Positions 19,929-28,539 of a DNA stretch of 64,000 nt are shown piece by piece. The notes under the pieces were generated by a model. The model was not told the DNA's origin and did no database searches. It saw nothing but the letters and a program-made list of their open reading frames with translations. The stretch is from Pseudomonadota bacterium. GTDB lineage: Bacteria > Pseudomonadota > Gammaproteobacteria > Burkholderiales > Burkholderiaceae_E. Each line of letters begins with the position of its first letter. Position 1 is the first letter of the stretch. The DNA lies in the NCBI GenBank assembly GCA_039800205.1, contig JBDLRB010000049.1:6464-70463 (forward strand), in the 5' to 3' direction. The position numbers were made by a program, and so were the translations under genes.

Positions 19929-20872
19929 GTCGACGTCTGCATGTTGCAGCGGCCCAGATGGGCGGCATTCATCTGTCCGACACGCGTGAGCAGGCGGTCG
20001 AGCGGCTGCGGGCCCTCCTGGCCCAGGCCCATGCGCGGGGTGTGCGTTTCGTGGTTTTTCCCGAGCTCGCGCTCACGACCTTTTTCCCGCGCTACTGGTT
20101 CGACGATCAGGATGAGGTCGACCAGCGTTTCTTCGAAGCCGCGATGCCTTCGCCGGTCACGCAGCCTCTCTTTGATGATGCGCGTCGGTACGGGATCGGC
20201 TTTTACCTGGGGTATGCCGAGCTCGTCCATGAGGCGGGACGGATGCGTCGCTTCAACACCGCGATTCTGGTCGCCCCCAATGGCGAGCTCGTCGGCAAGT
20301 ACCGCAAGGTGCATCTCCCCGGGCACGCCGAACACAAGCCCCAGGCGGCGTTTCAGCACCTTGAAAAAAAATACTTTGAGGTCGGCGATCTGGGCTTTTC
20401 CACCTGGCGCACTCAGGATGCCATTCTGGGCATGCTGATCTGCAACGATCGTCGCTGGCCCGAAGCCTTTCGTGCGCTGACGCTTCAGGGCGCCGAGCTG
20501 GTCACGCTGGGTTTCAACACACCCACCGAAAACCTGCACTATTCCGAACCCCCGGCCCTGCGGGTGCATCATCACCTGATCATGGCCCAGGCGATGGCGT
20601 TCATGAATGCCACCTGGCTGATCGAAACCGCCAAGTGCGGTTTCGAAGATGGCTACCGGATGTTCGGGCATTCCGTGATCGTCGCTCCAACCGGCGAGAT
20701 TGTGGCCCGCACCGTCAGTGAAGACGATGAGCTGATCAGTTTCGATGCTGATCTCGATCTCGCGCAGAATCTCAAGCAGACCATGTTCAACTATGCGGCG
20801 CATCGTCGGCCCGAGCACTACAAGATCCTGATCGAGCGGGTCGGTGCTCAGGTGACGCCGGCCAACGCCTGA
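19925..20872 (+). CDS. N-carbamoyl-D-amino-acid hydrolase (D-carbamoylase, nitrilase superfamily)
   Basis: ATGA overlap with the hydantoinase stop. Long collinear matches to my recollection of Agrobacterium DCase: FPELALTTFFPR, GYAEL, RRFNT, GKYRKVHLPGH, FQHLEKKYFE.GDLGF, ICNDRRWPEA, IVAPTGEIVA. The Glu/Lys/Cys triad contexts are present. Confidence 0.85.
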   Translation: MSRRLHVAAAQMGGIHLSDTREQAVERLRALLAQAHARGVRFVVFPELALTTFFPRYWFDDQDEVDQRFFEAAMPSPVTQPLFDDARRYGIGFYLGYAELVHEAGRMRRFNTAILVAPNGELVGKYRKVHLPGHAEHKPQAAFQHLEKKYFEVGDLGFSTWRTQDAILGMLICNDRRWPEAFRALTLQGAELVTLGFNTPTENLHYSEPPALRVHHHLIMAQAMAFMNATWLIETAKCGFEDGYRMFGHSVIVAPTGEIVARTVSEDDELISFDADLDLAQNLKQTMFNYAAHRRPEHYKILIERVGAQVTPANA

Positions 20873-20895
20873 TGAGTCGCACGCCCGGATCTCTC

Positions 20896-20911
20896 AGGTA
20901 CGTGATTTGCT
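20896..20911 (+). promoter_or_regulatory. candidate sigma-54 (-24/-12) promoter upstream of the ABC transporter genes
   Basis: AGGTACG-TGAT-TTGCT against consensus TGGCACG-N4-TTGCW. The GG (20897-20898) and GC (20909-20910) have the correct spacing. It lies 52 nt upstream of ATG 20963. Confidence 0.35.
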
Positions 20912-20962
20912 TCAAACCCTGAACCCGGCCATTTCGGCCGTTTCACCCAACGAGGAGATGAC

Positions 20963-21811
20963 ATGAAAAGGACCGCTCTCAAGGCGCTGATCGTGCTGGC
21001 TGCAGGAACACTGTCCGCTGTGTCGATCGCGCAGGACAAGCCCCTGGTCGCCGGCGTCGATGGCACCTTTGCTCCCCATGCGATGCCCAAACTCGGCGGT
21101 GGAGTCGAGGGCTTCAATATCGATCTGATCGAAGAGATCAGCAAGCAGCTGGGTCGCAAGATCACGATCCACGCCGCCGAGTTTTCGGGTCTGATCCCGG
21201 CCATGAACGCCGGCAAGATCGACTTCGTCGGCGCGCCCACCACGGTCACCCGCGAGCGCGCAAACAATCTGCTCTTCACCGAAGGCTATCTGAACACGTA
21301 CTACCAGTTCCTGGTCCCAGCCGGCAAGCCTGATCTGCAGACGCTCAACGACCTGAAGGGCAAGACGATCTCCTCGAACAAGGGATCCGCCTACGATAAG
21401 TGGTTGAATGACAATGCCAGCAAATACGGGTTCCGCACCGAGTCATATCCCACCAATTCGGATGCCGTTCAGGCCGTCCTGTCCGGTCGGGCGGACGCCA
21501 CGCTCGGCGGCAATACGGTTTCGGCGTATGCCGCCCTCCGCAACAAGGGCAAGCTGCGGGTCACCACGCTAGTGGTGGACGAGGGTCTGGTCTGGGCTGC
21601 GGTCTTCAGGAAGGGCGATACGGCCCTGCGAAATTCGGTCGACGGTGCGATCGAGTGCCTGAAGAAGAACGGCACGATCGCGCGTCTGCACGAAAAGTGG
21701 TTTGGCACCAAGCCCGGTCCGGGCTCGGCTGCGGTCACGACCTTTGCGGGTTACGGTGTGCCGGGTATGCCGGGTTATGACGCCACCGCGCATACGCCGA
21801 AGTGCAAGTGA
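20963..21811 (+). CDS. polar amino acid ABC transporter substrate-binding protein (family 3)
   Basis: Signal peptide ending AVSIAQD, with GAGGAG 6 nt upstream of the ATG. Family-3 SBP features are present (GFNIDLIEEISKQLG, the position of the SNKGS loop). Confidence 0.85.
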   Translation: MKRTALKALIVLAAGTLSAVSIAQDKPLVAGVDGTFAPHAMPKLGGGVEGFNIDLIEEISKQLGRKITIHAAEFSGLIPAMNAGKIDFVGAPTTVTRERANNLLFTEGYLNTYYQFLVPAGKPDLQTLNDLKGKTISSNKGSAYDKWLNDNASKYGFRTESYPTNSDAVQAVLSGRADATLGGNTVSAYAALRNKGKLRVTTLVVDEGLVWAAVFRKGDTALRNSVDGAIECLKKNGTIARLHEKWFGTKPGPGSAAVTTFAGYGVPGMPGYDATAHTPKCK

Positions 21812-22560
21812 GCGATCAATCCGAAGCGCCCCTGCTCGAAATCAGGGCGCTGCGCAAGTCCTTCGGCACCACAGAGGTGCTGAAGGGCATCGACTTGTCG
21901 GTCGTTCGGGGCGAGCTGGTGTTCGTGATCGGACCCTCGGGTTCGGGCAAGTCGACGCTCTTGCGGTGCTGCAACCGGCTCGAGGAGCCCAGTGCGGGCG
22001 AGATCTGGTTCGAGGGCAGCAACATTCTCGCGCCCTCGACCGATCTCAATGCGATGCGCCGGCGCATCGGCATGGTGTTCCAGTCCTTCAATCTGTACCC
22101 CCACCTGAATGCCCGCGACAACGTGGCGCTGGCGCTGATCCACGTCTTGAAGCGTCCCCGCGATGAGGCGCATGCCCAGGCGATCGAGGCGCTTCGCAAG
22201 GTCGGCTTGGCCGATCGCGGCGGGGCCAAGCCGGGCGAATTGTCCGGTGGCCAGCAGCAGCGGGTGGCGATCGCCCGCGCCCTGGCGCTTGAGCCCGCCA
22301 TTGTCCTGTTTGATGAACCGACGTCTGCGCTCGATCCCGAACTGGTCGGCAGCGTGCTTGCGGTGCTGCGTGAATTACGGACCGCCGGCATGACGATGAT
22401 GGTGGTTAGTCACGAGATGGGCTTTGCGCGCGGGGCGGCTGACCGAGTGGTGTTCATGGAGTCTGGAGCCATCCTGGATCAGGGACCGCCCGACCGTATT
22501 TTCGGGCCGGACGCCCCCGCCCGCATTCGCGACTTTGTTGCGAGTGTTGAACATCGCTGA
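21802..22560 (+). CDS. amino acid ABC transporter ATP-binding protein
   Basis: Walker A GPSGSGKST, signature LSGGQQQRVAIARAL, Walker B LFDEPTSALD. GTG start overlaps the SBP gene end; GTG 21808 is an alternative start. Confidence 0.9.
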   Translation: MQVSDQSEAPLLEIRALRKSFGTTEVLKGIDLSVVRGELVFVIGPSGSGKSTLLRCCNRLEEPSAGEIWFEGSNILAPSTDLNAMRRRIGMVFQSFNLYPHLNARDNVALALIHVLKRPRDEAHAQAIEALRKVGLADRGGAKPGELSGGQQQRVAIARALALEPAIVLFDEPTSALDPELVGSVLAVLRELRTAGMTMMVVSHEMGFARGAADRVVFMESGAILDQGPPDRIFGPDAPARIRDFVASVEHR

Positions 22561-22575
22561 GGGGGGGTCGATCGC

Positions 22576-23247
22576 ATGGCGGGCCTGGTCGAGACATTCT
22601 TCAACGTCGAGGTGATGGCCCAGTACGCGCCCAAGATCATCGAGGGCATGGGCATCACGGTGGTGCTGGCTGCGGTGGTCGTGGTGAGCGGTCTCGCGTT
22701 GGGTTTTGTACTGGCCGTGCTTCGCGCCTTGCGCTTCAAGATCCTCAATGCCCTGATCGTGCTGTTTGCCGATGTGTTTCGAGCCGTTCCGCCACTGGTG
22801 ATTCTGATCGTCATCTACTTTGCACTGCCCACGGTCGGCATCAAGTTTTCCGGTTTTGTTTCGGCCTGGATCGGTTTGTCCCTGGTGCTGGCCGCGTTCG
22901 CCGAGGAAGTCGTCTGGGCGGGCATCCTCTCGGTACCTCGAGGTCAGTGGGAGGCGGCACGGGCGACTGGGCTCGGTTTTTCGCAGGCCATGCGGTGGGT
23001 GATCCTGCCGCAGGCGCTGCGGCTCACCGTCGCGCCGCTGACCAGCCGCGCGATTGTCATCACCAAGAATACGGCGCTTGCCTCGGTCGTGGCCGTGGGC
23101 GAGATCCTCTACCAGGCGCAGGCGGGATACTCCTTTTCGTATAACCCGTCGCCCCTGACCTTGGGCGCGATCGCTTATCTGATCCTGTTCATTCCGCTGG
23201 TCTGGTTCGGTCGCTGGGTCGAGACCCGCTTTGCCTGGAAACGCTGA
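22576..23247 (+). CDS. amino acid ABC transporter permease
   Basis: 223 aa. HisM/GlnP-type permease with the EAA loop region (EAARATGLGFSQAMRWVILPQA). Confidence 0.85.
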   Translation: MAGLVETFFNVEVMAQYAPKIIEGMGITVVLAAVVVVSGLALGFVLAVLRALRFKILNALIVLFADVFRAVPPLVILIVIYFALPTVGIKFSGFVSAWIGLSLVLAAFAEEVVWAGILSVPRGQWEAARATGLGFSQAMRWVILPQALRLTVAPLTSRAIVITKNTALASVVAVGEILYQAQAGYSFSYNPSPLTLGAIAYLILFIPLVWFGRWVETRFAWKR

Positions 23248-23253
23248 GTCGCG

Positions 23254-23925
23254 ATGAATACGCTGATCGACGGCTTTTTCAACCTGGAGATCCTGCGGCA
23301 GTCGCTGCCCTACCTGGGGCAGGGTCTGCTGATGACTCTGGCGCTGTGCCTGGTCGCGATTCCTCTGGGCTTTGCAGGCGGCCTGGCGCTGGCGCTCGCG
23401 TCCACGGTCCAGAGCCGCACCGTTCGCTGGTCGGTCATCGTCTACACCGATCTGTTTCGCGCATTCCCACCCCTGGTGCTGCTCCTCTTCATTGCGTTCG
23501 GGCTCCCCTTTATTGGATTTCAGCCCCCGCCCTTCATTGCGGTCGCCATCGCCTTCCTGCTGAACACCTCCAGTTACTACGGTGAAATTCTGCGCGCGGG
23601 CATCGAATCGGTCCCTGGCGGACAACATGAGGCCGCCCGCTCGACCGGTCTGAGCCGATGGCAGAGCCTGCGCTGGGTCATCCTTCCCCAGGCGGTGCGA
23701 AACGTCGTCCCGGACCTGGTCAGCAACACGCTTGAGGTCGTCAAGCTCACCTCGATCGCCAGCGTGGTTGCGCTGCCCGAGCTTCTTTATGCGGCCCGCC
23801 AGGTGCAGTCGGTCACGTACAACGCCTCGCCCGTCATCGCCGCGGGTCTTTTGTATCTGCTGTTGTTGTGGCCGCTGGTCCGACTGTTGTCGCGCTTTGA
23901 GCGGCAGGCCGTCAGCATTCGATGA
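23254..23925 (+). CDS. amino acid ABC transporter permease
   Basis: 223 aa paralog of the preceding permease (EAARSTGLSRWQSLRWVILPQA). Confidence 0.85.
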   Translation: MNTLIDGFFNLEILRQSLPYLGQGLLMTLALCLVAIPLGFAGGLALALASTVQSRTVRWSVIVYTDLFRAFPPLVLLLFIAFGLPFIGFQPPPFIAVAIAFLLNTSSYYGEILRAGIESVPGGQHEAARSTGLSRWQSLRWVILPQAVRNVVPDLVSNTLEVVKLTSIASVVALPELLYAARQVQSVTYNASPVIAAGLLYLLLLWPLVRLLSRFERQAVSIR

Positions 23926-23961
23926 CGCACCGTTTGGGCGGGCTTTTCGGGAGTTCATGTC

Positions 23962-24633
23962 ATGACTGAAGACCGTATTCTGGTGATCAATCCCAACTCG
24001 ACGGTGGCGGTGACGCAGGGCATTGATCGGGCGCTCGAGCCCTTGCGAATCCCGGGGGGACCGCAGTTTGAATGTGTGACTCTGGCCGAAGGGCCACCCG
24101 GTATCCAGAGCCAGCGCGATGTCGACTCGGTCATTGGTCCGCTCTGCGCGTTGATCGAGCGGCGCTCGGATTGTTCGGCCTTCGTGATCGCCTGCTACAG
24201 CGACCCGGGTCTGCATAGCGCCCGAGAGGTCACTCGCAAACCTGTACTCGGCATTTCCGAGTGTGGGGTCTTCACCGCTCTGACGCTGGGCCAGCGATTT
24301 GGTGTCATTGCCATTCTGTCGGTTTCAATTCCGCGCCATCTCCGTTATCTGGGCGCGATGGGTGTGACCGATCGACTGGCCGCCGAATTGCCCGTCGGTC
24401 TCCAGGTGACCGAACTGAGCGATGCGTCCCGCACCCGATCCCGGCTGATCGACACCGGTCGTCGCTTGGTCGAAGAGCACGGCGCGCATGTGGTTGTGAT
24501 GGGTTGCGCGGGGATGGCGCAATATCGCGAACCCCTTGAGGACGCCTTGGGCGTTCCGGTGGTCGAGCCCACCCAGGCCGCTGCAGGGATGGCGCTGGCG
24601 CGGGTGCGTCTGGCCCGGCGCGCTTCGGTCTGA
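23962..24633 (+). CDS. hydantoin racemase (Asp/Glu/hydantoin racemase family)
   Basis: Starts ILVINPNST. Both catalytic Cys contexts are present: VIACYSDPGL (C78) and VVMGCAGM (C182), matching the two-Cys mechanism of hydantoin racemases. Confidence 0.8.
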   Translation: MTEDRILVINPNSTVAVTQGIDRALEPLRIPGGPQFECVTLAEGPPGIQSQRDVDSVIGPLCALIERRSDCSAFVIACYSDPGLHSAREVTRKPVLGISECGVFTALTLGQRFGVIAILSVSIPRHLRYLGAMGVTDRLAAELPVGLQVTELSDASRTRSRLIDTGRRLVEEHGAHVVVMGCAGMAQYREPLEDALGVPVVEPTQAAAGMALARVRLARRASV

Positions 24634-24677
24634 TCGTCAAACCGGCGCTCATGCGGTCCGTCCGGATCCGCGCGCGC

Positions 24678-25211
24678 TCAGTCAGCGGGCGGACGCGGGC
24701 CTCCGGGCGTCGGGTGCGACCCCCCCGGTTCACGCTCTGTCCGGTGCTCGAGTGCGAGCAGGGCGGTCTTTCGGTCCAGCCCGGCGGCGAACCCCCTCAG
24801 GCTGCCATCCGAACCGACGACCCGATGACAGGGCCGAATGATCAGCCACGGGTTACGCCCAACGGCCTGTGCAACTGCACGTACGGCCAGGGGCCGCCCG
24901 ATCGCGCTGGCCAGCCCGCTGTACGTCAGCGTCTGGCCGTAGGCGATGGTATCGAGAGCTCGCCAGACCTGCTGTTGCAGTTCAGTGCCGCGCAGGGCGA
25001 GCGGCAGATCGAAGCGGGTTCGCCGTCCCGCCAGGTACTCTTCGATCTGTTTGCGGGCGCGATGCAAGAGCAGACTGTCCGGATTGGCCGGTGCGCCGGA
25101 CAAATCGGGCAGGTGGCGTTGGTCAGAGAAGTAGACGCCCTCGAGGGATCGGCTCGACCCAACCGCGATCACCGTGCCGAGGGACGTCTTGAACTGAAGG
25201 GTTTCGCTCAT
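24678..25211 (-). CDS. ogt: methylated-DNA-protein-cysteine methyltransferase
   Basis: Active-site PCHRVV and the helix-turn-helix TYSGLASAIGRP. Start set at MSETLQFKT. Confidence 0.85.
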   Translation of the reverse strand: MSETLQFKTSLGTVIAVGSSRSLEGVYFSDQRHLPDLSGAPANPDSLLLHRARKQIEEYLAGRRTRFDLPLALRGTELQQQVWRALDTIAYGQTLTYSGLASAIGRPLAVRAVAQAVGRNPWLIIRPCHRVVGSDGSLRGFAAGLDRKTALLALEHRTEREPGGSHPTPGGPRPPAD

Positions 25212-25403
25212 CTGGAAGCGCTCCTGCGACCATGGCCCACTTCCGGACTCTAAACGATTCAAACGTCCTCGGGCGTAGGGGCGTCCTGGGGCGTCCGTCC
25301 CAAGATCGCCGAAGATCAGCGACAATCACCGGTGCGACGCGGGTCGCTGGCCTCGGGCCCGACGACTGCGAATCAGAAGCCAAATTTTCAGGAGAAAACT
25401 CGT

Positions 25404-26396
25404 ATGCACATCATCCGTAGAAAATTCGGAGCCCTCGCAGCCACCAGCCTGCTTGCAGCCGGGCTCGCCGGGGTGGTTCCAGCCGCATTGGCTCAGGAGT
25501 GGCCCACCCGCCCGGTCCGTATGATCAACCCCTTTGCGGCAGGTTCGGCCGTGGACGTGGTGGCGCGGCTTCTTGCCGAGCGGATGTCAAAAGAGGTCGG
25601 GACCCAGTTCCTGGTCGAGAACCGGACGGGCGCATCGGGCAATATCGGCACAGAGGTGGCGGCCCGCTCCAAGCCCGATGGGTACACCTTCCTGGTCGGC
25701 TCGCCGGGCACGATGGCGATCAACCCGGCGCTCTTCGACACCCTGCCGTACAACGCGCTGAAGGACTTCGTTCCGGTCTCGCATCTGGTGTCGTTTCCTC
25801 AGGTGCTCGTGGTCAACCCCAAGATTCCCGTGAAGACGGTGGCCGAACTCATTGCCTGGGTCAATGCACAGCAGGGCAAGGTCAATTACGGTTCGTCCGG
25901 AAGGGGGTCGACCTCGCATCTGGTGATGGAACTGATCCGTTCCGAGGCCAAGCTGCAGATGACCCATGTGCCCTATCGGGGCGGTTCACCGGCCATCCAG
26001 GCGCTGATTGGCGGTGAAGTACAGCTGGCGGTCGAAGGCCTGCCCTCGCTGCCCGGTCACCTTGCGGGCGGCACGATCCGTCCCCTGGCAGTGACCTCCG
26101 AGAAGCGCGCGGCCTCGCAGCCAAACATCCCGGCCTTGTCCGAGACCTATCCCGGCTTTGATGCCGCCGCATGGATCATTCTGTTTGCGCCGACCGGGAC
26201 GCCGCCGGCCGTTGTCGATCGCATGGCGACCCACGTCAAAAAGGCCCTCGAAGCACCCGAGGTCCTCGCTCGACTGGGTTCGATGGGCGCGACGGCCTTC
26301 GGTAGCTCGCCTGCGCAGACCGCTGAGTTTCACAAGCGCGAGATGGCGAAGTTCAAGCGCGCCGTCGATATTTCGGGCGCGAAAGAGCAGAAATAA
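25404..26396 (+). CDS. Bug family (TctC-like) tripartite tricarboxylate transporter substrate-binding protein
   Basis: AGGAGA lies 8 nt upstream of ATG 25404. Signal peptide ending ALAQE. Typical Bug N-terminus: WPTRPVRMINPFAAGSAVDVVARLLAERM...ENRTGASGNIG. Confidence 0.85.
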   Translation: MHIIRRKFGALAATSLLAAGLAGVVPAALAQEWPTRPVRMINPFAAGSAVDVVARLLAERMSKEVGTQFLVENRTGASGNIGTEVAARSKPDGYTFLVGSPGTMAINPALFDTLPYNALKDFVPVSHLVSFPQVLVVNPKIPVKTVAELIAWVNAQQGKVNYGSSGRGSTSHLVMELIRSEAKLQMTHVPYRGGSPAIQALIGGEVQLAVEGLPSLPGHLAGGTIRPLAVTSEKRAASQPNIPALSETYPGFDAAAWIILFAPTGTPPAVVDRMATHVKKALEAPEVLARLGSMGATAFGSSPAQTAEFHKREMAKFKRAVDISGAKEQK

Positions 26397-26426
26397 ACGG
26401 GGCCGGATGGACCCGGTCGGCCCCGT
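26397..26426. terminator. GC-rich hairpin between convergent genes
   Basis: ACGGGGCCG (12-nt loop) CGGCCCCGT, immediately after the Bug gene stop and 5 nt before the FAD gene stop. Confidence 0.4.
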
Positions 26427-26431
26427 GACCC

Positions 26432-27814
26432 CTATCCCGTCACTCGCGCGATCGACTCGCCGCAGATCAAGCCCAGCCCGAAGGATTGCGCGAGCCCGTT
26501 GCCCGGTAGATAGCCGGCGCCGCCGATCCCCGAGATGGATGCGGCCGCTCCGCCCGCGGCATAGAGGCCGGGAATCGGCTGGCCGACTGCATTCACGACT
26601 CGGCCCATCGTGTCCACCCGCAGGCCGCCCTGCGTGTGGGCCAGCGCACCGGTCACCCACGCTGCGCGCAGGGGCGCCTGCAAGGCCGGGCCGAAGCGCT
26701 TTCGGCCCATCTCCGGATCGTTGCCGGCCGCGACGTACCCGGCAAAATCGGCGAAGGTTTTCGCGAAGACAGCGGGGTCGATATCGAACAGTCGCGCGAG
26801 CGCCTCGGGGCTGTCGGCCTCTTTGACATGACCCGCCTCGCAGGCTTCCCGATAGGGGCCCTGGCGCGAAGCGATTTCGTGAACACGCTGATCGAACACC
26901 TCGAGCGCGACGCCACCAGGTTGTGCCAGCACGAACGCGCCCAGCTCTGACGGACCGATGTCCTCTGCGATAAATCGACGGCCGGTCTTGTTGACCATGA
27001 AGGCACCGAGCGACGGGAGCGCCATCCCCAGTCGGGTCTTGCCGCCCGGGTTGACGTGGCCTTGACCCTGATAGCCCTGCATGAAGGCCACATCGGCACC
27101 CAAGTCGCGCGCCCAGACGACCGAGCAGCCATCATTGGCACCCGCCCCGATATGCATCGCACCCGCCATGTCCGGGATGTACTGAGCCAGCAGTTCCGGG
27201 TTACTCGCGAATCCTCCTGTGGCAAGCAGGACGCTCGCTGCCCGGAAATCCCGCACTTCGCCTCCGACTCGGGCCTGCACACCGGTCACACGCCCAGCGT
27301 CACTCAGTAAGCCCACGCCTTCGGCATCGGCAAGTAGCCGGATTCCGGGTTCGCGGCTTACAGCGTCCCGCAGCAATTGATGAAGTTCACGCCCACTTTC
27401 CTTGGGCGTCGCATGAATCCTGGGGATTGAATGCCCAGGGACCTGCAGATCGGGTAACCATTTGATCGGCAGCCCGATCTCGTCGATCAGAAAGTGAACG
27501 GCCGGCGCCGTTTGTCGCGCGATCGCATCCAGGATTGGTGGATCCACGATGCCTTCCGCCTTGGCCGTGACATCGGCTGCAAAACGCTCTGGGCTGTCGA
27601 TCACCCCGGCCTCAGCCTGAAACCGGGTGCCAGCACCCGGGAACAGGCCGCCACTCACCAGCAAATTGGACGGCCCATTGAGATCGCGTTCGAGCAGCAG
27701 GACGGTGACCCCCCGGCGGGCGGCGACCAGCGCAGCAAACAGTCCGGCGGCGCCGGCGCCGACGATGATCGAGTGGGCATTGGGATCGGAACGAGCGGGT
27801 GCTTGATGGGTCAT
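26432..27814 (-). CDS. FAD-binding oxidoreductase (fumarate reductase / succinate dehydrogenase flavoprotein-like)
   Basis: N-terminal dinucleotide fold SIIVGAGAAGLFAALVAARRGVTVLLLE and C-terminal GLYAAGGAA motif. 460 aa. Confidence 0.7.
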   Translation of the reverse strand: MTHQAPARSDPNAHSIIVGAGAAGLFAALVAARRGVTVLLLERDLNGPSNLLVSGGLFPGAGTRFQAEAGVIDSPERFAADVTAKAEGIVDPPILDAIARQTAPAVHFLIDEIGLPIKWLPDLQVPGHSIPRIHATPKESGRELHQLLRDAVSREPGIRLLADAEGVGLLSDAGRVTGVQARVGGEVRDFRAASVLLATGGFASNPELLAQYIPDMAGAMHIGAGANDGCSVVWARDLGADVAFMQGYQGQGHVNPGGKTRLGMALPSLGAFMVNKTGRRFIAEDIGPSELGAFVLAQPGGVALEVFDQRVHEIASRQGPYREACEAGHVKEADSPEALARLFDIDPAVFAKTFADFAGYVAAGNDPEMGRKRFGPALQAPLRAAWVTGALAHTQGGLRVDTMGRVVNAVGQPIPGLYAAGGAAASISGIGGAGYLPGNGLAQSFGLGLICGESIARVTG

Positions 27815-27821
27815 GGCGGAA

Positions 27822-27839
27822 TCAGACGTTGAACCGGAA
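27822..27839. repeat. left copy of 18-bp direct repeat TCAGACGTTGAACCGGAA
   Basis: Identical to 28935-28952, and 20/21 if extended to 27842 / 28955. Lies 7 nt upstream of the FAD gene ATG. Confidence 0.9.
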
Positions 27840-28125
27840 ATGGAATTGGTAAGGGTTTGTTTTTATTCACAAACACCCGCCTCGGTGTCGAGACATGGAT
27901 TATCCCATCGAAGCGTCGCTCACACCAGGCAGAGCGCCTCGCCCACAGTCTTTCGCCGGCGGGTGCGAATACCGCGGATCCCAACACAGAATCCGGAGTT
28001 CGTTGTAGACATGAAGGCTTTGCACTAGGCTGGACGGGATCCGCCGCTCGCAGGCTCGGACGGTGCGGCGCTTCCTGCTCGTGCGCGCCAAGGTGGGACG
28101 CATGAAATCCCGTTGCGGAACGACA

Positions 28126-28539
28126 ATGGCCGAAGACAAGATCGACCTGGGCCCACTTGAACGAGCGATCGATCGCTTGAGCGAAGGCTGGGATCGTTAT
28201 CTGCGGGACACAAGTGACACACAAATCAGAGATGGACTGATTCAACGGTTTGGATTCACCTATGAAATCAGCCACAAGATACTCAAGCGTTACCTGGAAT
28301 CCGTTTCGGCGAACCCGGCAGTCTTTGACGAAATGAGTTTTCAGGATTTGATCCGGTCAGGCAATGAACAAAACCTGCTCCTGGGCGAATGGCGTGAATG
28401 GAGGCGCTACCGTGAGCTGCGATCCAAGACCAGTCACACCTATGATGAAACCACTGCGTTGGACGTCGTGGGCGGCATTGCGCCATTTCTCGCAGAGGCG
28501 CGCGCTCTGCGTGACCAACTCAAGGCGCGACTGGCATGA
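28126..28539 (+). CDS. HEPN domain protein, HI0074 family (nucleotidyltransferase substrate-binding protein; HepT-like toxin)
   Basis: Contains RELRSKTSHTYD (the Rx4HxY motif). About 137 aa and all-helical in composition. Paired with the MNT gene. In-frame ATG 28102 is an alternative start. Confidence 0.8.
   Translation: MAEDKIDLGPLERAIDRLSEGWDRYLRDTSDTQIRDGLIQRFGFTYEISHKILKRYLESVSANPAVFDEMSFQDLIRSGNEQNLLLGEWREWRRYRELRSKTSHTYDETTALDVVGGIAPFLAEARALRDQLKARLA

Noticed and set aside
20364-20371. A8 run forming an A-AAA-AAA slippery heptamer inside the carbamoylase gene
   Set aside because: It encodes the conserved EKK of the FQHLEKKYFE motif. There is no downstream structure or alternative-frame ORF, so there is no reason to invoke programmed frameshifting.
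22375-24216. 613-aa minus-strand ORF spanning the two ABC permease genes and the racemase start
   Set aside because: It is antisense to three genes with clear family motifs. The product is Arg/Asp/Gln/Gly/His-rich with no recognisable domain. Long stop-free antisense frames are expected at this GC content.
27855-27874. GTTTGT-N8-ACAAAC hairpin at the left edge of the islet, considered as a terminal inverted repeat or attC-like site
   Set aside because: There is no matching sequence at the right end of the islet. It is only 6 bp and AT-rich. It may be a weak transcriptional insulator at most.
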